DNA of 64,000 bases from a virus (lineage: Duplodnaviria; Caudoviricetes), in IMG/VR virus record IMGVR_UViG_3300032295_003763, positions 135,928 to 199,927 of that record; one strand, 5' to 3'. The notes under the pieces are model-generated. The model saw nothing but the letters and a program-made list of their open reading frames with translations, did not search any database and was not told the origin of the DNA. Positions 39,818-49,197 of this stretch are shown one piece after another. The first letter of the stretch is position 1. Every line of letters starts with the position of its first letter. The translations under genes were made by a program, and so were the position numbers.

Positions 39818-40246
39818 TTACTTTGTTGCCAATATTTCAAGTCTAACATTGAACGATCTTTGATTCCTTACATAAATCAAGTTATTCTCTCCAGTCACTA
39901 CCATCATTTCTCTTAGCTTATTCCAAGTAGTATTATCTAAAGACCATTCAACGTATTTTTCAGATGAAGATATACTTTCATCCACTGGATATGTTACCAT
40001 GATAATCATAAATTTCATATCACTAACGCCATTCAAAAGTACATCCCCATTCGTGAGTTCTGTGCTAGTATGTGTAAATTCAGAAATAGGTATAGATATT
40101 TTCGATAAATCTACTTTGTCCAAAGTATTTGATCCTTGAACTACACTAGCTCTACCACATAAATTAAATGTTACGAATCTTTGTGATGCATATCCTGCTT
40201 CATCGTAACAATCAAGGGGCATATTTTGAACAAATGTTATTGCCAT
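39818..40246 (-). CDS. Hypothetical protein, possibly virion
   Basis: 142-aa ORF; a GATATATA lies upstream at 40430-40437 inside the preceding gene. Confidence 0.6.
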   Translation of the reverse strand: MAITFVQNMPLDCYDEAGYASQRFVTFNLCGRASVVQGSNTLDKVDLSKISIPISEFTHTSTELTNGDVLLNGVSDMKFMIIMVTYPVDESISSSEKYVEWSLDNTTWNKLREMMVVTGENNLIYVRNQRSFNVRLEILATK

Positions 40247-40314
40247 TTACATTGATTAATTTTATAACCTAAACATATTTATATGTTGTGGATGAATTTT
40301 TACTGATAGATTAT

Positions 40315-41304
40315 TTAAAGACTTTTTTTTTCATTGTCTTCATTTTCATCATGTTCAAAATTATCATAATGTTCTTCTATTGTAGTATCATCAAAAAATG
40401 AATCTTCAGGCTCATCTTCTTTCTCTTCATATATATCTACATTTTCTTCATTTAATTCTACTTCGGTTTCTTTATTTTCAATTTCAGTTTCTATAATTGA
40501 TTCTAATTCCGAGTCTGTTTCTAAACTCAGTTCTTCTAGATTTCTTTCTATTGGTTCAAAATGTTCTTCTGTTTCGATTATAGTTGTTTCTTCTATATGA
40601 TTATCTTCTATTTCTGATTCTTTGATCTCTTGAGTTTCTTCTTGAATTTTAGATATAGTCGTTACTGAGTCTGTAATTTGACTGTTAACTTCTGAATCAC
40701 CAGAAATCTTGAAAGATGTTTGATCTATAATAGCTTCTTCCTTTTTAGATTCTTCTATAACCTCTTTATTTTCAATTACTTCTACTGATTCTTCTACCTT
40801 TTTATCAATTATTGAGGTAGTTTCTTCTTTTTCTTCGGGCTTTAAATAATCAGAAACAGATTTCAAGAATGCTAGTGATATAACTGGAATAGGTAAACCA
40901 ATCAAAAGTGATAAAATAAACTTGGTGGTTCTTTGTTCAAGCTTTTGCATTGTCATCATTTCTACAAGATCAATGAATGAATCTATCCATTTTGGATTAG
41001 AAGCCATTGCATTTGATATGAAGTCATATGTATAATATACATTACCTAACATTTGCATTATAACTAATACAAAGAAAATAAACCATACTGCTGCTTTGTT
41101 AATTTTATCTAAAACTGTCAAAGTCATCAAAGATGCAATAGATCCTATTTCAAAGGCAAGTGCAAGAATAATAGCCATCCATGCCATATTACCTAAACCG
41201 AAAAAGGTTATAATGTGTATAGTCGAAATCAACGAAGATAAAAATGGAACAGCCAAAAATGAAGCTATCACAATTTTTCTAAAATCATCGGGTTTAAGTT
41301 TCAT
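40315..41304 (-). CDS. Multi-pass membrane protein with long Glu-rich tail
   Basis: About 4 hydrophobic helices, then ~170 acidic low-complexity residues. Confidence 0.75.
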   Translation of the reverse strand: MKLKPDDFRKIVIASFLAVPFLSSLISTIHIITFFGLGNMAWMAIILALAFEIGSIASLMTLTVLDKINKAAVWFIFFVLVIMQMLGNVYYTYDFISNAMASNPKWIDSFIDLVEMMTMQKLEQRTTKFILSLLIGLPIPVISLAFLKSVSDYLKPEEKEETTSIIDKKVEESVEVIENKEVIEESKKEEAIIDQTSFKISGDSEVNSQITDSVTTISKIQEETQEIKESEIEDNHIEETTIIETEEHFEPIERNLEELSLETDSELESIIETEIENKETEVELNEENVDIYEEKEDEPEDSFFDDTTIEEHYDNFEHDENEDNEKKSL

Positions 41305-41331
41305 TATCAAATATGATTTAATTTGAGAGGT

Positions 41332-41339
41332 TATATATC
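41332..41339 (-). promoter_or_regulatory. Putative late promoter GATATATA
   Basis: Exact motif upstream of 41304. Confidence 0.7.
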
Positions 41340-41341
41340 TT

Positions 41342-41382
41342 AAAAAAAACGAAAGCCACCATACTTTTAGGTATGATGGCTT
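41342..41382 (-). terminator. Possible terminator hairpin
   Basis: aagccaccatac-ttttag-gtatgatggctt with downstream U-tract on minus. Confidence 0.5.
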
Positions 41383-41399
41383 AAATTCGTCAGTTTTTT

Positions 41400-41675
41400 T
41401 TACTTTTTGATTACTATGTAGTTAGCTTGAGATTTTTTATTTACTCCACCATACATAGCAGAATCAATCTTCGTTTCTATTTTCTTCATTGCTTCACCGT
41501 TAGACTTAACCTGATATGAATATTCAATCATCAATGAATCAGTGAATTTTTTCTGACTTTCAACAGCAGTAACTGCATTTGATACTCTAGAACAAGTTGT
41601 ACACTGTGAGAGCATTGTTGCTAAACAAAAGAAAATAGCGATTAATGGAAGATTTCCTTTGATCTTTTCTAACAT
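41400..41675 (-). CDS. Small secreted, membrane or lipoprotein-like protein
   Basis: Signal-like N-terminus ending SQC; AATATATAG at 41714-41722. Confidence 0.6.
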   Translation of the reverse strand: MLEKIKGNLPLIAIFFCLATMLSQCTTCSRVSNAVTAVESQKKFTDSLMIEYSYQVKSNGEAMKKIETKIDSAMYGGVNKKSQANYIVIKK

Positions 41676-41721
41676 TTTATTGTTTTTATTTTTACTAAAT
41701 TAATAGTTATGTACTATATAT

Positions 41722-42291
41722 TTAGTTTTCCTCTTCAGCTGGGATTTCTCCAGAAATACCATTTTCTAAAGATCCTAACTTCAGTTTTAAGTTTTGAAGA
41801 AGTTGAGCATCTTTACGATACACATTTACAGTATCGGAAATTGGAACTAAAAGTTTTTCATAAAAAGTTTTAGCTGAGTCCAAACCTACACCCTCTGCTG
41901 ATTGAAGAGTCTGCAAAAGTGGTTCAATCCAAATACCTGTAATCTCAAATACTTGCGTTTTACGGCAATCTTTAATTGCTTGTTCAACTTCATTGTTAAG
42001 ATTAACTACTAGAAAAGCATCTGTAAATCTCCATTTTACACGATCTTTAATATATTTCTTAAGTTCCATACCAGCATCTAAACCACCTTGAACCAAATAT
42101 CTTTTAGTGATTGATTCATTTTCCAATCGTTGTACTTCATTTGATAGTGCTTCAATACGTTGCTCAATCGGTAAGTTCTGGTCATCCCATACTCCATTCA
42201 GGGATGCTTCTTGTGATGAGGTTTGAACAGGAACTTGTACTACATCTTCAACCATTTCGGTTGCATTTTCTAAATCGATGACTTTAGCCAT
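41722..42291 (-). CDS. Hypothetical helical protein
   Basis: ATG 42291 preceded by GGAG; late promoter at 42332-42339. Confidence 0.7.
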   Translation of the reverse strand: MAKVIDLENATEMVEDVVQVPVQTSSQEASLNGVWDDQNLPIEQRIEALSNEVQRLENESITKRYLVQGGLDAGMELKKYIKDRVKWRFTDAFLVVNLNNEVEQAIKDCRKTQVFEITGIWIEPLLQTLQSAEGVGLDSAKTFYEKLLVPISDTVNVYRKDAQLLQNLKLKLGSLENGISGEIPAEEEN

Positions 42292-42331
42292 TACGATCTC
42301 CAAAAAAAATAAAAATAATCAATTATATCAC

Positions 42332-42339
42332 TATATATC
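42332..42339 (-). promoter_or_regulatory. Putative late promoter GATATATA
   Basis: Exact motif. Confidence 0.7.
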
Positions 42340-42387
42340 TGATTTTTTTAAAAAGTTCATCGGTTTCAAAAAAAATTTTTTGAGGTT

Positions 42388-42408
42388 TTTTTAACAAAGT
42401 TATCCACA
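42388..42408 (+). promoter_or_regulatory. Tandem DnaA-box-like sites
   Basis: TTTTTAACA-aag-TTATCCACA; the second site is a perfect consensus. Confidence 0.5.
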
Positions 42409-42445
42409 TAATGTAACCTTTTGGCGTTTCGCGTGTAATATATAG

Positions 42446-42775
42446 TATAGGGTGATTGTAATTAACTGCAAGAAATCCTAGGATTCTTAAGCTTTCACTG
42501 AGAATCTTTAAGTTTGCTTACAACTCTCATCTTTTCTATTTTTTCTCTTATTTTTCTTTTATTATCTATTATTTTGTATTTTTAGTTCTTAAGTTAATTC
42601 AAGAAAAAATAAAAAAGAATAATAAAGAAGTTTTAAAATATACAACTTAAGTACTTACATATTAACAATTTAAGTTACTTAAAATGTACACATTAAACAT
42701 ACCTGTGTTTATTGACCCCGAAGTGTGTCCACTCTGAAAGATTGGACTAATTAATGTCAATAAGCACTTTTTTAT
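42446..42775 (+). ncRNA. Candidate structured non-coding transcript
   Basis: AATATATAG at 42437-42445, no ORF, hairpin 42456-42523, 12-bp stem 42705-42767 followed by a U-tract. Confidence 0.35.
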
Positions 42776-42889
42776 TTATTACTTTCTTTATTTTTTGTTT
42801 AATTAAACCATAATTAAGAATTTACGCTTGAGAAATAAAATATATAGAGCTAAAGGCCTAAGTGCCTAAACATTCTACGGAAACGCTCT

Positions 42890-43300
42890 ATGAGCTATAA
42901 TCTTTTTTTAGATAGTGAACAAACACCTAAAGATATCTGGAATACAAGTAAAACTCCTGAATATGCAGTTTATAATTGGTTAACAGTAACTGATTATGAT
43001 TCTTTTATTCAAACTATTATTAATAAGGGATTACCTTCTAGGATTTCTTTAAGTCATAACCTATCAGAAGAACATTCAGAATATAATAATACAAAGATTA
43101 TACCATACGATACATTTAAAATCAAAACAGGTTATGATTGTATAGTTTGGCTTATAGAGTATTGTATTGACTATAATTTAATTTTACCTAAATGTAAAGT
43201 GCATTCAGGTAATAATATAGGAAGAAAAAATATTGAAGATTTGGTATATAAGTTTGAGAAATATCAAAAAACTACTTCTTCTAGTAAAAAAAACAAATAA
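42890..43300 (+). CDS. Cyclic-phosphate-processing receiver-domain homolog with a degenerate active site
   Basis: LFLD, GLP..IS, KTGYDC..WL, VHS.N..G..NI kept; LDD has become LDS and DHD has become SHN. Confidence 0.7.
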   Translation: MSYNLFLDSEQTPKDIWNTSKTPEYAVYNWLTVTDYDSFIQTIINKGLPSRISLSHNLSEEHSEYNNTKIIPYDTFKIKTGYDCIVWLIEYCIDYNLILPKCKVHSGNNIGRKNIEDLVYKFEKYQKTTSSSKKNK

Positions 43301-43301
43301 A

Positions 43302-43781
43302 ATGAGTAATGTAGAGAAAAAACAGCATTATTTAGATGTAATGAAAAGATTGGAAAAATCACATAGTGATATTATTTCTATAAATAATTCTAATAATCCT
43401 TTTTCAGATATGTTAAAAACTAACAGCTCTGAAATTTATGATGTTATTCTCATGTATAGTAAATTCGATAAGTTGAGAAATTCTGTTAAAAACTCAGAAA
43501 AACTTCAAAACGAATTTGAAAATTATGTAGAACATACTGAAGAAATTATATCAAAAATTAGAGAATCAGCAAAAGAATTAGCAGAAACTGGTTTAAAATT
43601 CGGATCTATAGAAGAATCAAAAGCAGCTGAATTTGGTCAAATGATTAAAAAACAGTTCATCAAATTTAAGAATTGGATTGAACAGAAAAACAATCATATC
43701 TCTAAAATTAAAGATATGATTAAAGAAGATATGGCATTAATAGAAAGGGCTATTCAGAAAGAATTTTCAAATATTAAATAA
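43302..43781 (+). CDS. Coiled-coil hypothetical protein
   Basis: ATG 43302, 1 nt after the upstream stop. Confidence 0.7.
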   Translation: MSNVEKKQHYLDVMKRLEKSHSDIISINNSNNPFSDMLKTNSSEIYDVILMYSKFDKLRNSVKNSEKLQNEFENYVEHTEEIISKIRESAKELAETGLKFGSIEESKAAEFGQMIKKQFIKFKNWIEQKNNHISKIKDMIKEDMALIERAIQKEFSNIK

Positions 43782-43788
43782 TTAAGTA

Positions 43789-44421
43789 ATGAAAAATATA
43801 AGATCATACGAATCATTGATTACAGAAAATAACACTAATCTCAATTATTTTATCGATTGGTCTTTATTTGAGGGTGAAATTGAATATGATTCATTAACTG
43901 AAAAGGTTCATGTCGTTTTTAGTGAACATGGTAAAGCGGAAAGAATGAAAGATTTTAAAATAGAACCTTGGGAAATTGAAGAAATATTAAATAAAGCATC
44001 TAGTAAGTTAATAGATATGTACAAGAATAGTACTAAGGAAGGTAGAAAACATTATACTCTAAGAGACAGATCTGTTGAATATCCATTTGAACTTATTGTA
44101 ATTTATGATAAAGATGAATATCAGACTGTTGTTAAAACGAATATAGCTATAGTAGGAGAGCTATATGATGCTGAGAAAGTTAAAGAGTTAAAAACTAAAT
44201 ATGCAAGTCGTCAGATGGAACCATCTGATCCAGATAATTATTTTTTGAGAAAAATTAATAACATGGAAAGAAATCACAATTTAGTAATAAACCCTGAAGA
44301 TTTCGTTTTCCAAGTTATAACTACAAGAAGAAAACGTAACTTCTTGATTGATAAGAATAAATATCCAGATATGAGAATTTTGGAAGTTTATCCAGAAGGA
44401 ACGATTGAAGTTAATAAATAA
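43789..44421 (+). CDS. Candidate internal head protein with a possible RelE/BECR-like RNase fold
   Basis: MKNIRSYESLITE N-terminus; FSEHG.AER and QVITT motifs. Confidence 0.5.
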   Translation: MKNIRSYESLITENNTNLNYFIDWSLFEGEIEYDSLTEKVHVVFSEHGKAERMKDFKIEPWEIEEILNKASSKLIDMYKNSTKEGRKHYTLRDRSVEYPFELIVIYDKDEYQTVVKTNIAIVGELYDAEKVKELKTKYASRQMEPSDPDNYFLRKINNMERNHNLVINPEDFVFQVITTRRKRNFLIDKNKYPDMRILEVYPEGTIEVNK

Positions 44422-44432
44422 ACATACGATAT

Positions 44433-44855
44433 ATGAAAGAATTTAAAGAATATCTTAACGAATCTGTAGAAGTTATGGGTGACTCTTTTGAGTATATTCA
44501 AAATCTTCTTTCAGAAAAGAATATGCTCGGAAGACTTATGAGATTTGAAAGGGATTCCGTTGGTGATCTGACTTCAATTGCTTTCGATGTAAATGATATT
44601 TCTCCTAAAAAAAGAGAGAATATTATCAATTATATGCATAAGTATGGTTTTAAAAATGCAACTATTGAATTCCACGACTGGAATAAATTGTGGTTGATTT
44701 CTATTGACAAAATACGTATTCAAAGAAAAAGCTCTGCTAATGCTCTCATAAATTCATTTTATACTGGGTTGATTGAATCGCCGATAAAATCTGAGGAAAC
44801 CAAAGAAGAGAAAAAACTTTCAATGTTAGATAGAATTTTAGGGAAAAATAAATAA
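44433..44855 (+). CDS. Candidate internal head protein
   Basis: MKEFKEYLNE, close to T4 CTS MKTYQEFIAE. Confidence 0.7.
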   Translation: MKEFKEYLNESVEVMGDSFEYIQNLLSEKNMLGRLMRFERDSVGDLTSIAFDVNDISPKKRENIINYMHKYGFKNATIEFHDWNKLWLISIDKIRIQRKSSANALINSFYTGLIESPIKSEETKEEKKLSMLDRILGKNK

Positions 44856-44860
44856 TAACA

Positions 44861-45061
44861 ATGGGAAATTTTTTAGCAGAAGAGGATCTTAAAGTAAAGG
44901 CAGAACACTGTTTAGATGTTATGAATACTGTAAAAAATAGTCTTTTAGATTCACTTAAAGGGATAGACTGTTTTGAAAAGGAAAAGGATTGTTTAGAGAA
45001 ATTAAATATTTTCAGTCAAAGTGCTGAAATTCTAAAAGATATATTTAAAATTGAGGAATGA
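44861..45061 (+). CDS. Hypothetical protein
   Basis: 66-aa ORF within an operon. Confidence 0.6.
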   Translation: MGNFLAEEDLKVKAEHCLDVMNTVKNSLLDSLKGIDCFEKEKDCLEKLNIFSQSAEILKDIFKIEE

Positions 45062-45065
45062 TATT

Positions 45066-45485
45066 ATGAATCATATAAAATTATATGAAGAATTTAAAAA
45101 GGAACTAGAGTTTAATACTGAAAAAGAAATAGAATTAACGTTCAGATTTGTATTAAAACAAAATATAAATCCTCAAACCCTCAAAAGAAAAATCAAAGAG
45201 AGATTTATCGAAAGAATTAAACCACCTTTCAATTTTAATGATTTAACATTCTATTCTTTCGATATAGATTACATATCAGATGTTCCCTTCACCAAAAATA
45301 TGATGGCATCTGAGTATGCTATTAAAGCTAAAGTAGATATCGATGGGGATGCTCCTAAAAATTCAAAAGATTTAGACAAACTTATAAAAATTGGAATCGT
45401 ACAATTTTTAAAATTAGAAGAAGATAAATATTTTCAAAATGAAGTTGAAGAATCTATATTGATTTCATTTGAATATCTTAATTAA
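45066..45485 (+). CDS. Candidate internal head protein
   Basis: ATG 45066 gives MNHIKLYEEF. Confidence 0.65.
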   Translation: MNHIKLYEEFKKELEFNTEKEIELTFRFVLKQNINPQTLKRKIKERFIERIKPPFNFNDLTFYSFDIDYISDVPFTKNMMASEYAIKAKVDIDGDAPKNSKDLDKLIKIGIVQFLKLEEDKYFQNEVEESILISFEYLN

Positions 45486-47260
45486 GACATCATTTTATAG
45501 ATATCTCCCATATTCTTTACTCCAAATGGATTATCAGTAGCCATAGCTTCTAGCTTTTTGTTTATCTCTTTCTTATATCTATCTTGAACACCTTCATCCC
45601 AAATTTCACTTACACAATCTGGGAGAACCGCTGATTTAAAAAATGCCATAAGATTTACAGTACTCATAGCAAGATCATCATGACCTCTTTCATTTGAATA
45701 CGTTCCAGCTTCATTAACACCAAATGTTGTAAATTCAGCTATTGTCAAATCATGTGTTAAAATGATTCTTCTAGATCTGAAATTTGGTCTAAATTCTTCA
45801 CAATAAATTCGTTTCAATTGATTATTCAGTTTAATACCAGGTTTGAATACTTTGTCATCACTTTTATGTTTGGTTGTTACAAAGAGTTCTGAAAAATATT
45901 CTTCGTGCTGAGACATAAGTTCTAAGAAATAATTACCATTATAATTCATTTCTAATACTATCTTTAAACGTTCTTCACCTAGTACATCATAAACAACAGC
46001 ATTTACTATTTTAACAAAATCTGCTATAGATACTGTATTAGACCTAAATACACCTACTTGTTTTAATCCAAAAAAGTCCACTTCCCCACTGTATAGTTTA
46101 TGTCTCCTTATGGCTCCCATACTTAATGGAACTAATCTAAATATATTTAATATAGTGTAATCTCTATTAGCACCTTCTGCTAAATCTATAGACATTACAA
46201 AAAACTTTTTACCTAATCTAAATCTGCCATTGTTATCCTTATAATCAAAATCAAACGAAGAATCCCAAACTAAATCTTTATAGTTTATATCTTGATCATG
46301 AAGGGAATCTATTTCTCTAAATTCATATTTATTTTCGCATTTCTTTGCAAATGAAATAGATTGAGTATCCAATAAGAATGAAGAACTTGCAACAAATTGA
46401 TTACCGAATTCTTGATTAAAGGCTTCTTCACTACCTAGATCGTTAATCCATTTTTGTTTCCATACTTCATCTCTTCCTGGAACTTGCCACCAATCAACTC
46501 TCAAAGGTTTAAAGTCGCTCTTATTCTTTATGGCATTATCATAAATTTCGTAAAATAGATTTAACCCGTTCGCAGTTGAGGTTATTAACATTTTAGAATC
46601 TTTCACAGACGAAAGTGTAGGCAAGATTGATTTATAGAATGACCTTGCAATTTTCTCAGGAATATATGCAAACTCGTCAGCGAAAATAACATCAAAAGTA
46701 AAACCAATCGCTGGAGATTCTGTACAAGCTTCTGCGAACATACGACATCCGTTATCGAATGACATTTTACCCATATTATTTACCAGTGAACCAGGTTTCA
46801 TGAAAAAAGGTAAATGACGTAAAATTGTTTTGGTTTTATCTAAAATTTCTTCAGATGTTGCTCTTCTATTTGCGATAACCAAAACATTTTTATCTACATG
46901 GAAACATACATACCAAGCTAAAAATATACAGGTTGTGATAGTTTTTCCTATCTGTCTAGATGCTAAAAAGACTACTCTATCATTATCTGCATATGATTTG
47001 ATAACCTGTTCTTGATAATCTCTTAATTTAATTCTTTGAACGCCATTATCAGTTTTAGCATAACAATAATTATTAGCGAAATAAAGAATATCTCTTTGAC
47101 ATTTTATAATTTCTTCTAGTTCTTCTTGAGTGTATTCAAACGCAATTTTAGCAGCTCTCCAATCTGTGTCACCTTCAGCAAATGGGTTTTGTCTAGGTAA
47201 AGCTTCACCATTAGTAATTCTTTCAAATAATTCATTGACACTTTCAGTGCTCCAAGCCAT
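45482..47260 (-). CDS. gp17: Terminase large subunit
   Basis: LRDYQ, ASRQIGKT, IFADEFA, ITSTANG, NQEF, SIDLAEG, HDDLAM. Confidence 0.95.
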   Translation of the reverse strand: MAWSTESVNELFERITNGEALPRQNPFAEGDTDWRAAKIAFEYTQEELEEIIKCQRDILYFANNYCYAKTDNGVQRIKLRDYQEQVIKSYADNDRVVFLASRQIGKTITTCIFLAWYVCFHVDKNVLVIANRRATSEEILDKTKTILRHLPFFMKPGSLVNNMGKMSFDNGCRMFAEACTESPAIGFTFDVIFADEFAYIPEKIARSFYKSILPTLSSVKDSKMLITSTANGLNLFYEIYDNAIKNKSDFKPLRVDWWQVPGRDEVWKQKWINDLGSEEAFNQEFGNQFVASSSFLLDTQSISFAKKCENKYEFREIDSLHDQDINYKDLVWDSSFDFDYKDNNGRFRLGKKFFVMSIDLAEGANRDYTILNIFRLVPLSMGAIRRHKLYSGEVDFFGLKQVGVFRSNTVSIADFVKIVNAVVYDVLGEERLKIVLEMNYNGNYFLELMSQHEEYFSELFVTTKHKSDDKVFKPGIKLNNQLKRIYCEEFRPNFRSRRIILTHDLTIAEFTTFGVNEAGTYSNERGHDDLAMSTVNLMAFFKSAVLPDCVSEIWDEGVQDRYKKEINKKLEAMATDNPFGVKNMGDIYKMMS

Positions 47261-47277
47261 AAAATCAAATTTATTTT

Positions 47278-47296
47278 ATCTATATAGCGATATATA
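47278..47296. promoter_or_regulatory. Divergent late promoters: GATATATA on plus (47289-47296) and a TATATAG variant toward terminase
   Basis: atctatatagcgatatata in a 61-bp divergent gap. Confidence 0.6.
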
Positions 47297-47321
47297 CCCA
47301 ATAAATAAAATAAAAGAAAAC

Positions 47322-48086
47322 ATGGGAAAGCATATTAAACCATTTTTATCAGGATTTTATGATTTAAACGAAGATTCATATATTGATTATGAAAAGGAAG
47401 TGGGTAATAAATCAAAAGAGGGAATGTCTATTGATCCTGAACAAATTGAGCAAATGAAGGGTATTCATAAAGATATAAACATCAAAAGTATAGAATCTCA
47501 ACTAAAAATGGCTTTAGATGAATATTGGAAGAATAAAAAAGAAGCTGAAAATATAATACTTGAAGCAAGAGAACGATTAGATGTAAATTTACAGAGCATG
47601 TATAAGGCATTCGAGATTGCTGTTGAAAAATTAGATGCTTTGGGAATAGAGATTAAGAATGATGAAATACAGTTAAATGAGCTAACTGTTGTTCTTAGAA
47701 TGGAAAAGAAGATGTATGAGTTGTCTGATAAAGACAAAATTGAACTTTATGATATTTTCACAAGTCTCAATAAAAATCATGCTGATGCTTGTAAAGAATT
47801 GGCTAGAAGCATGAACTCTATTAGTGAATTTGTAAAATACACTGAATTTGGGGTATTTTATACTAAACCAGAGGGAGCAAAGAGATATAAAGAAGCGTAT
47901 TTCAGAAGTGAACTTGTAGAACCAATGAAAGAATCCTCGGAATTAAATGAATCATTCTTCTCAAAAATTTCTGAATTCTTTAAAACTATGGGTGAAAAAA
48001 TCAAAACTCATATTTTTAAGATCGAATCCTCTTTGGAAGAATTTGATAGTTTAATGGCAAGAGCTCAAAACATTATAAGTAAATAA
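47322..48086 (+). CDS. Coiled-coil candidate internal head/ejection protein
   Basis: ATG 47322 gives MGKHIKPF...LNE; the ORF-track start overlaps terminase. Confidence 0.7.
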   Translation: MGKHIKPFLSGFYDLNEDSYIDYEKEVGNKSKEGMSIDPEQIEQMKGIHKDINIKSIESQLKMALDEYWKNKKEAENIILEARERLDVNLQSMYKAFEIAVEKLDALGIEIKNDEIQLNELTVVLRMEKKMYELSDKDKIELYDIFTSLNKNHADACKELARSMNSISEFVKYTEFGVFYTKPEGAKRYKEAYFRSELVEPMKESSELNESFFSKISEFFKTMGEKIKTHIFKIESSLEEFDSLMARAQNIISK

Positions 48087-48814
48087 TGAAATATATTAAA
48101 CTCTTTGAAAATTACATAAGTGGTTTAGAAAATTATCTAGTTTATAAATACAAACTTCACTGGGTAGCCAAAGTAAAGCGTAATCTTTTTGCTAGTAGTG
48201 TAGAACAAAAGGACATTGAAAAGGCTTTAGAGGAATGGAGATACACTGGTGATTGTGTTGTAACCAAAGATGCTGTTTGCGAATTATGTGGACAACCTTA
48301 TTTACATTATCATTTTCAAATAAAAAACTTACTGAAAAGCAATGAGTTATGGGTTGGTAGTGAATGTATAAAAAGATTTAGTGCTGAAGATACTAAATCA
48401 ATTCAGTTTTTTGATAATTATGGCAATAGAATTACGGATGAAAGGTTAATTATCAAAACAGTTAATAAACAAATGGTAGATTTAAAAAAGGATAAGAAAG
48501 TACAAGAAGTATTAGAATTACTTTCGGATCTTTATAATAAAACAATGGAATCTGCTTTAAACGAACTATTCGATCAATATTCAAACAAGGAATATCTTAC
48601 TCCACTTCAAATGTTATGGTTAGATAATTATTTTTCAGAAAACAACATTGAAGTCAATCCACATATATTTAATGTTAATTTGAGCAATAGATTTTATTTA
48701 GATCAAGTATTTACAAGAAGTGCAGATTCTATTATGAGATTAGAGAACTACCTTACTCGCGATCAGAAAGAAATTCTTGATTATAATTTGAATAGAAAAA
48801 GAAGGTTATCATAA
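48086..48814 (+). CDS. Zn-finger protein with capsid-targeting-like N-terminus
   Basis: MKYIKLFENY; CELCG...H.F.I.N...L.VGSECI. Confidence 0.7.
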   Translation: MKYIKLFENYISGLENYLVYKYKLHWVAKVKRNLFASSVEQKDIEKALEEWRYTGDCVVTKDAVCELCGQPYLHYHFQIKNLLKSNELWVGSECIKRFSAEDTKSIQFFDNYGNRITDERLIIKTVNKQMVDLKKDKKVQEVLELLSDLYNKTMESALNELFDQYSNKEYLTPLQMLWLDNYFSENNIEVNPHIFNVNLSNRFYLDQVFTRSADSIMRLENYLTRDQKEILDYNLNRKRRLS

Positions 48815-48897
48815 ATATTTGGTTTTCTATAAAAAAATCTATATTTTAATAAACAAACTATTGATATTTAATATATTTAAGAAAATGGAGTTATACC

Positions 48898-49164
48898 ATG
48901 AATAATGCTGAACATAAGGTCTGGCATGAGATTAATGAACCCCTGAGTGCTGTTCAAAATTTGATAAATGGTTGTTTAGTGGGTCAGGCGAAGGGTGCAT
49001 ATTCATTTGAAGAATCAAGTTTGATTTGGGAATCAATCAAATATTTAGTAACTTTGCAAGTTAAGTTAAGAGAAAGTGAAGATGATCCTAATGAATTTAT
49101 TTTAAAAGAATTAGCAAAAAAGGATTCAGAAGAATCTGAAGAACCTCAAAAAGAAGTAGCATAA
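48898..49164 (+). CDS. Hypothetical protein
   Basis: 88 aa; GGAG upstream, terminator downstream. Confidence 0.7.
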   Translation: MNNAEHKVWHEINEPLSAVQNLINGCLVGQAKGAYSFEESSLIWESIKYLVTLQVKLRESEDDPNEFILKELAKKDSEESEEPQKEVA

Positions 49165-49172
49165 AGAGAAAT

Positions 49173-49196
49173 AAACCCACGCAAGTGGGTTTTTTA
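49173..49196 (+). terminator. Intrinsic terminator
   Basis: aaacccac-gcaa-gtgggttt plus U-tract. Confidence 0.85.
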
Positions 49197-49197
49197 A

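Noticed and set aside
40288-40296. Additional DnaA-like box (TCATCCACA on minus)
   Set aside because: Single mismatched, isolated site; expected by chance
42700-42890. tRNA, hammerhead ribozyme or known riboswitch
   Set aside because: No cloverleaf or T-loop, no CUGANGA core; kept only as unassigned structure
47130-47321. ORF-track N-terminal extensions (47130, 20263, 43233, 45051, 58084, 35557, 34859, 42303)
   Set aside because: They overlap neighbouring genes or use TTG/GTG, while downstream ATGs give tight junctions, fit promoter positions or expose the shared N-terminal motif
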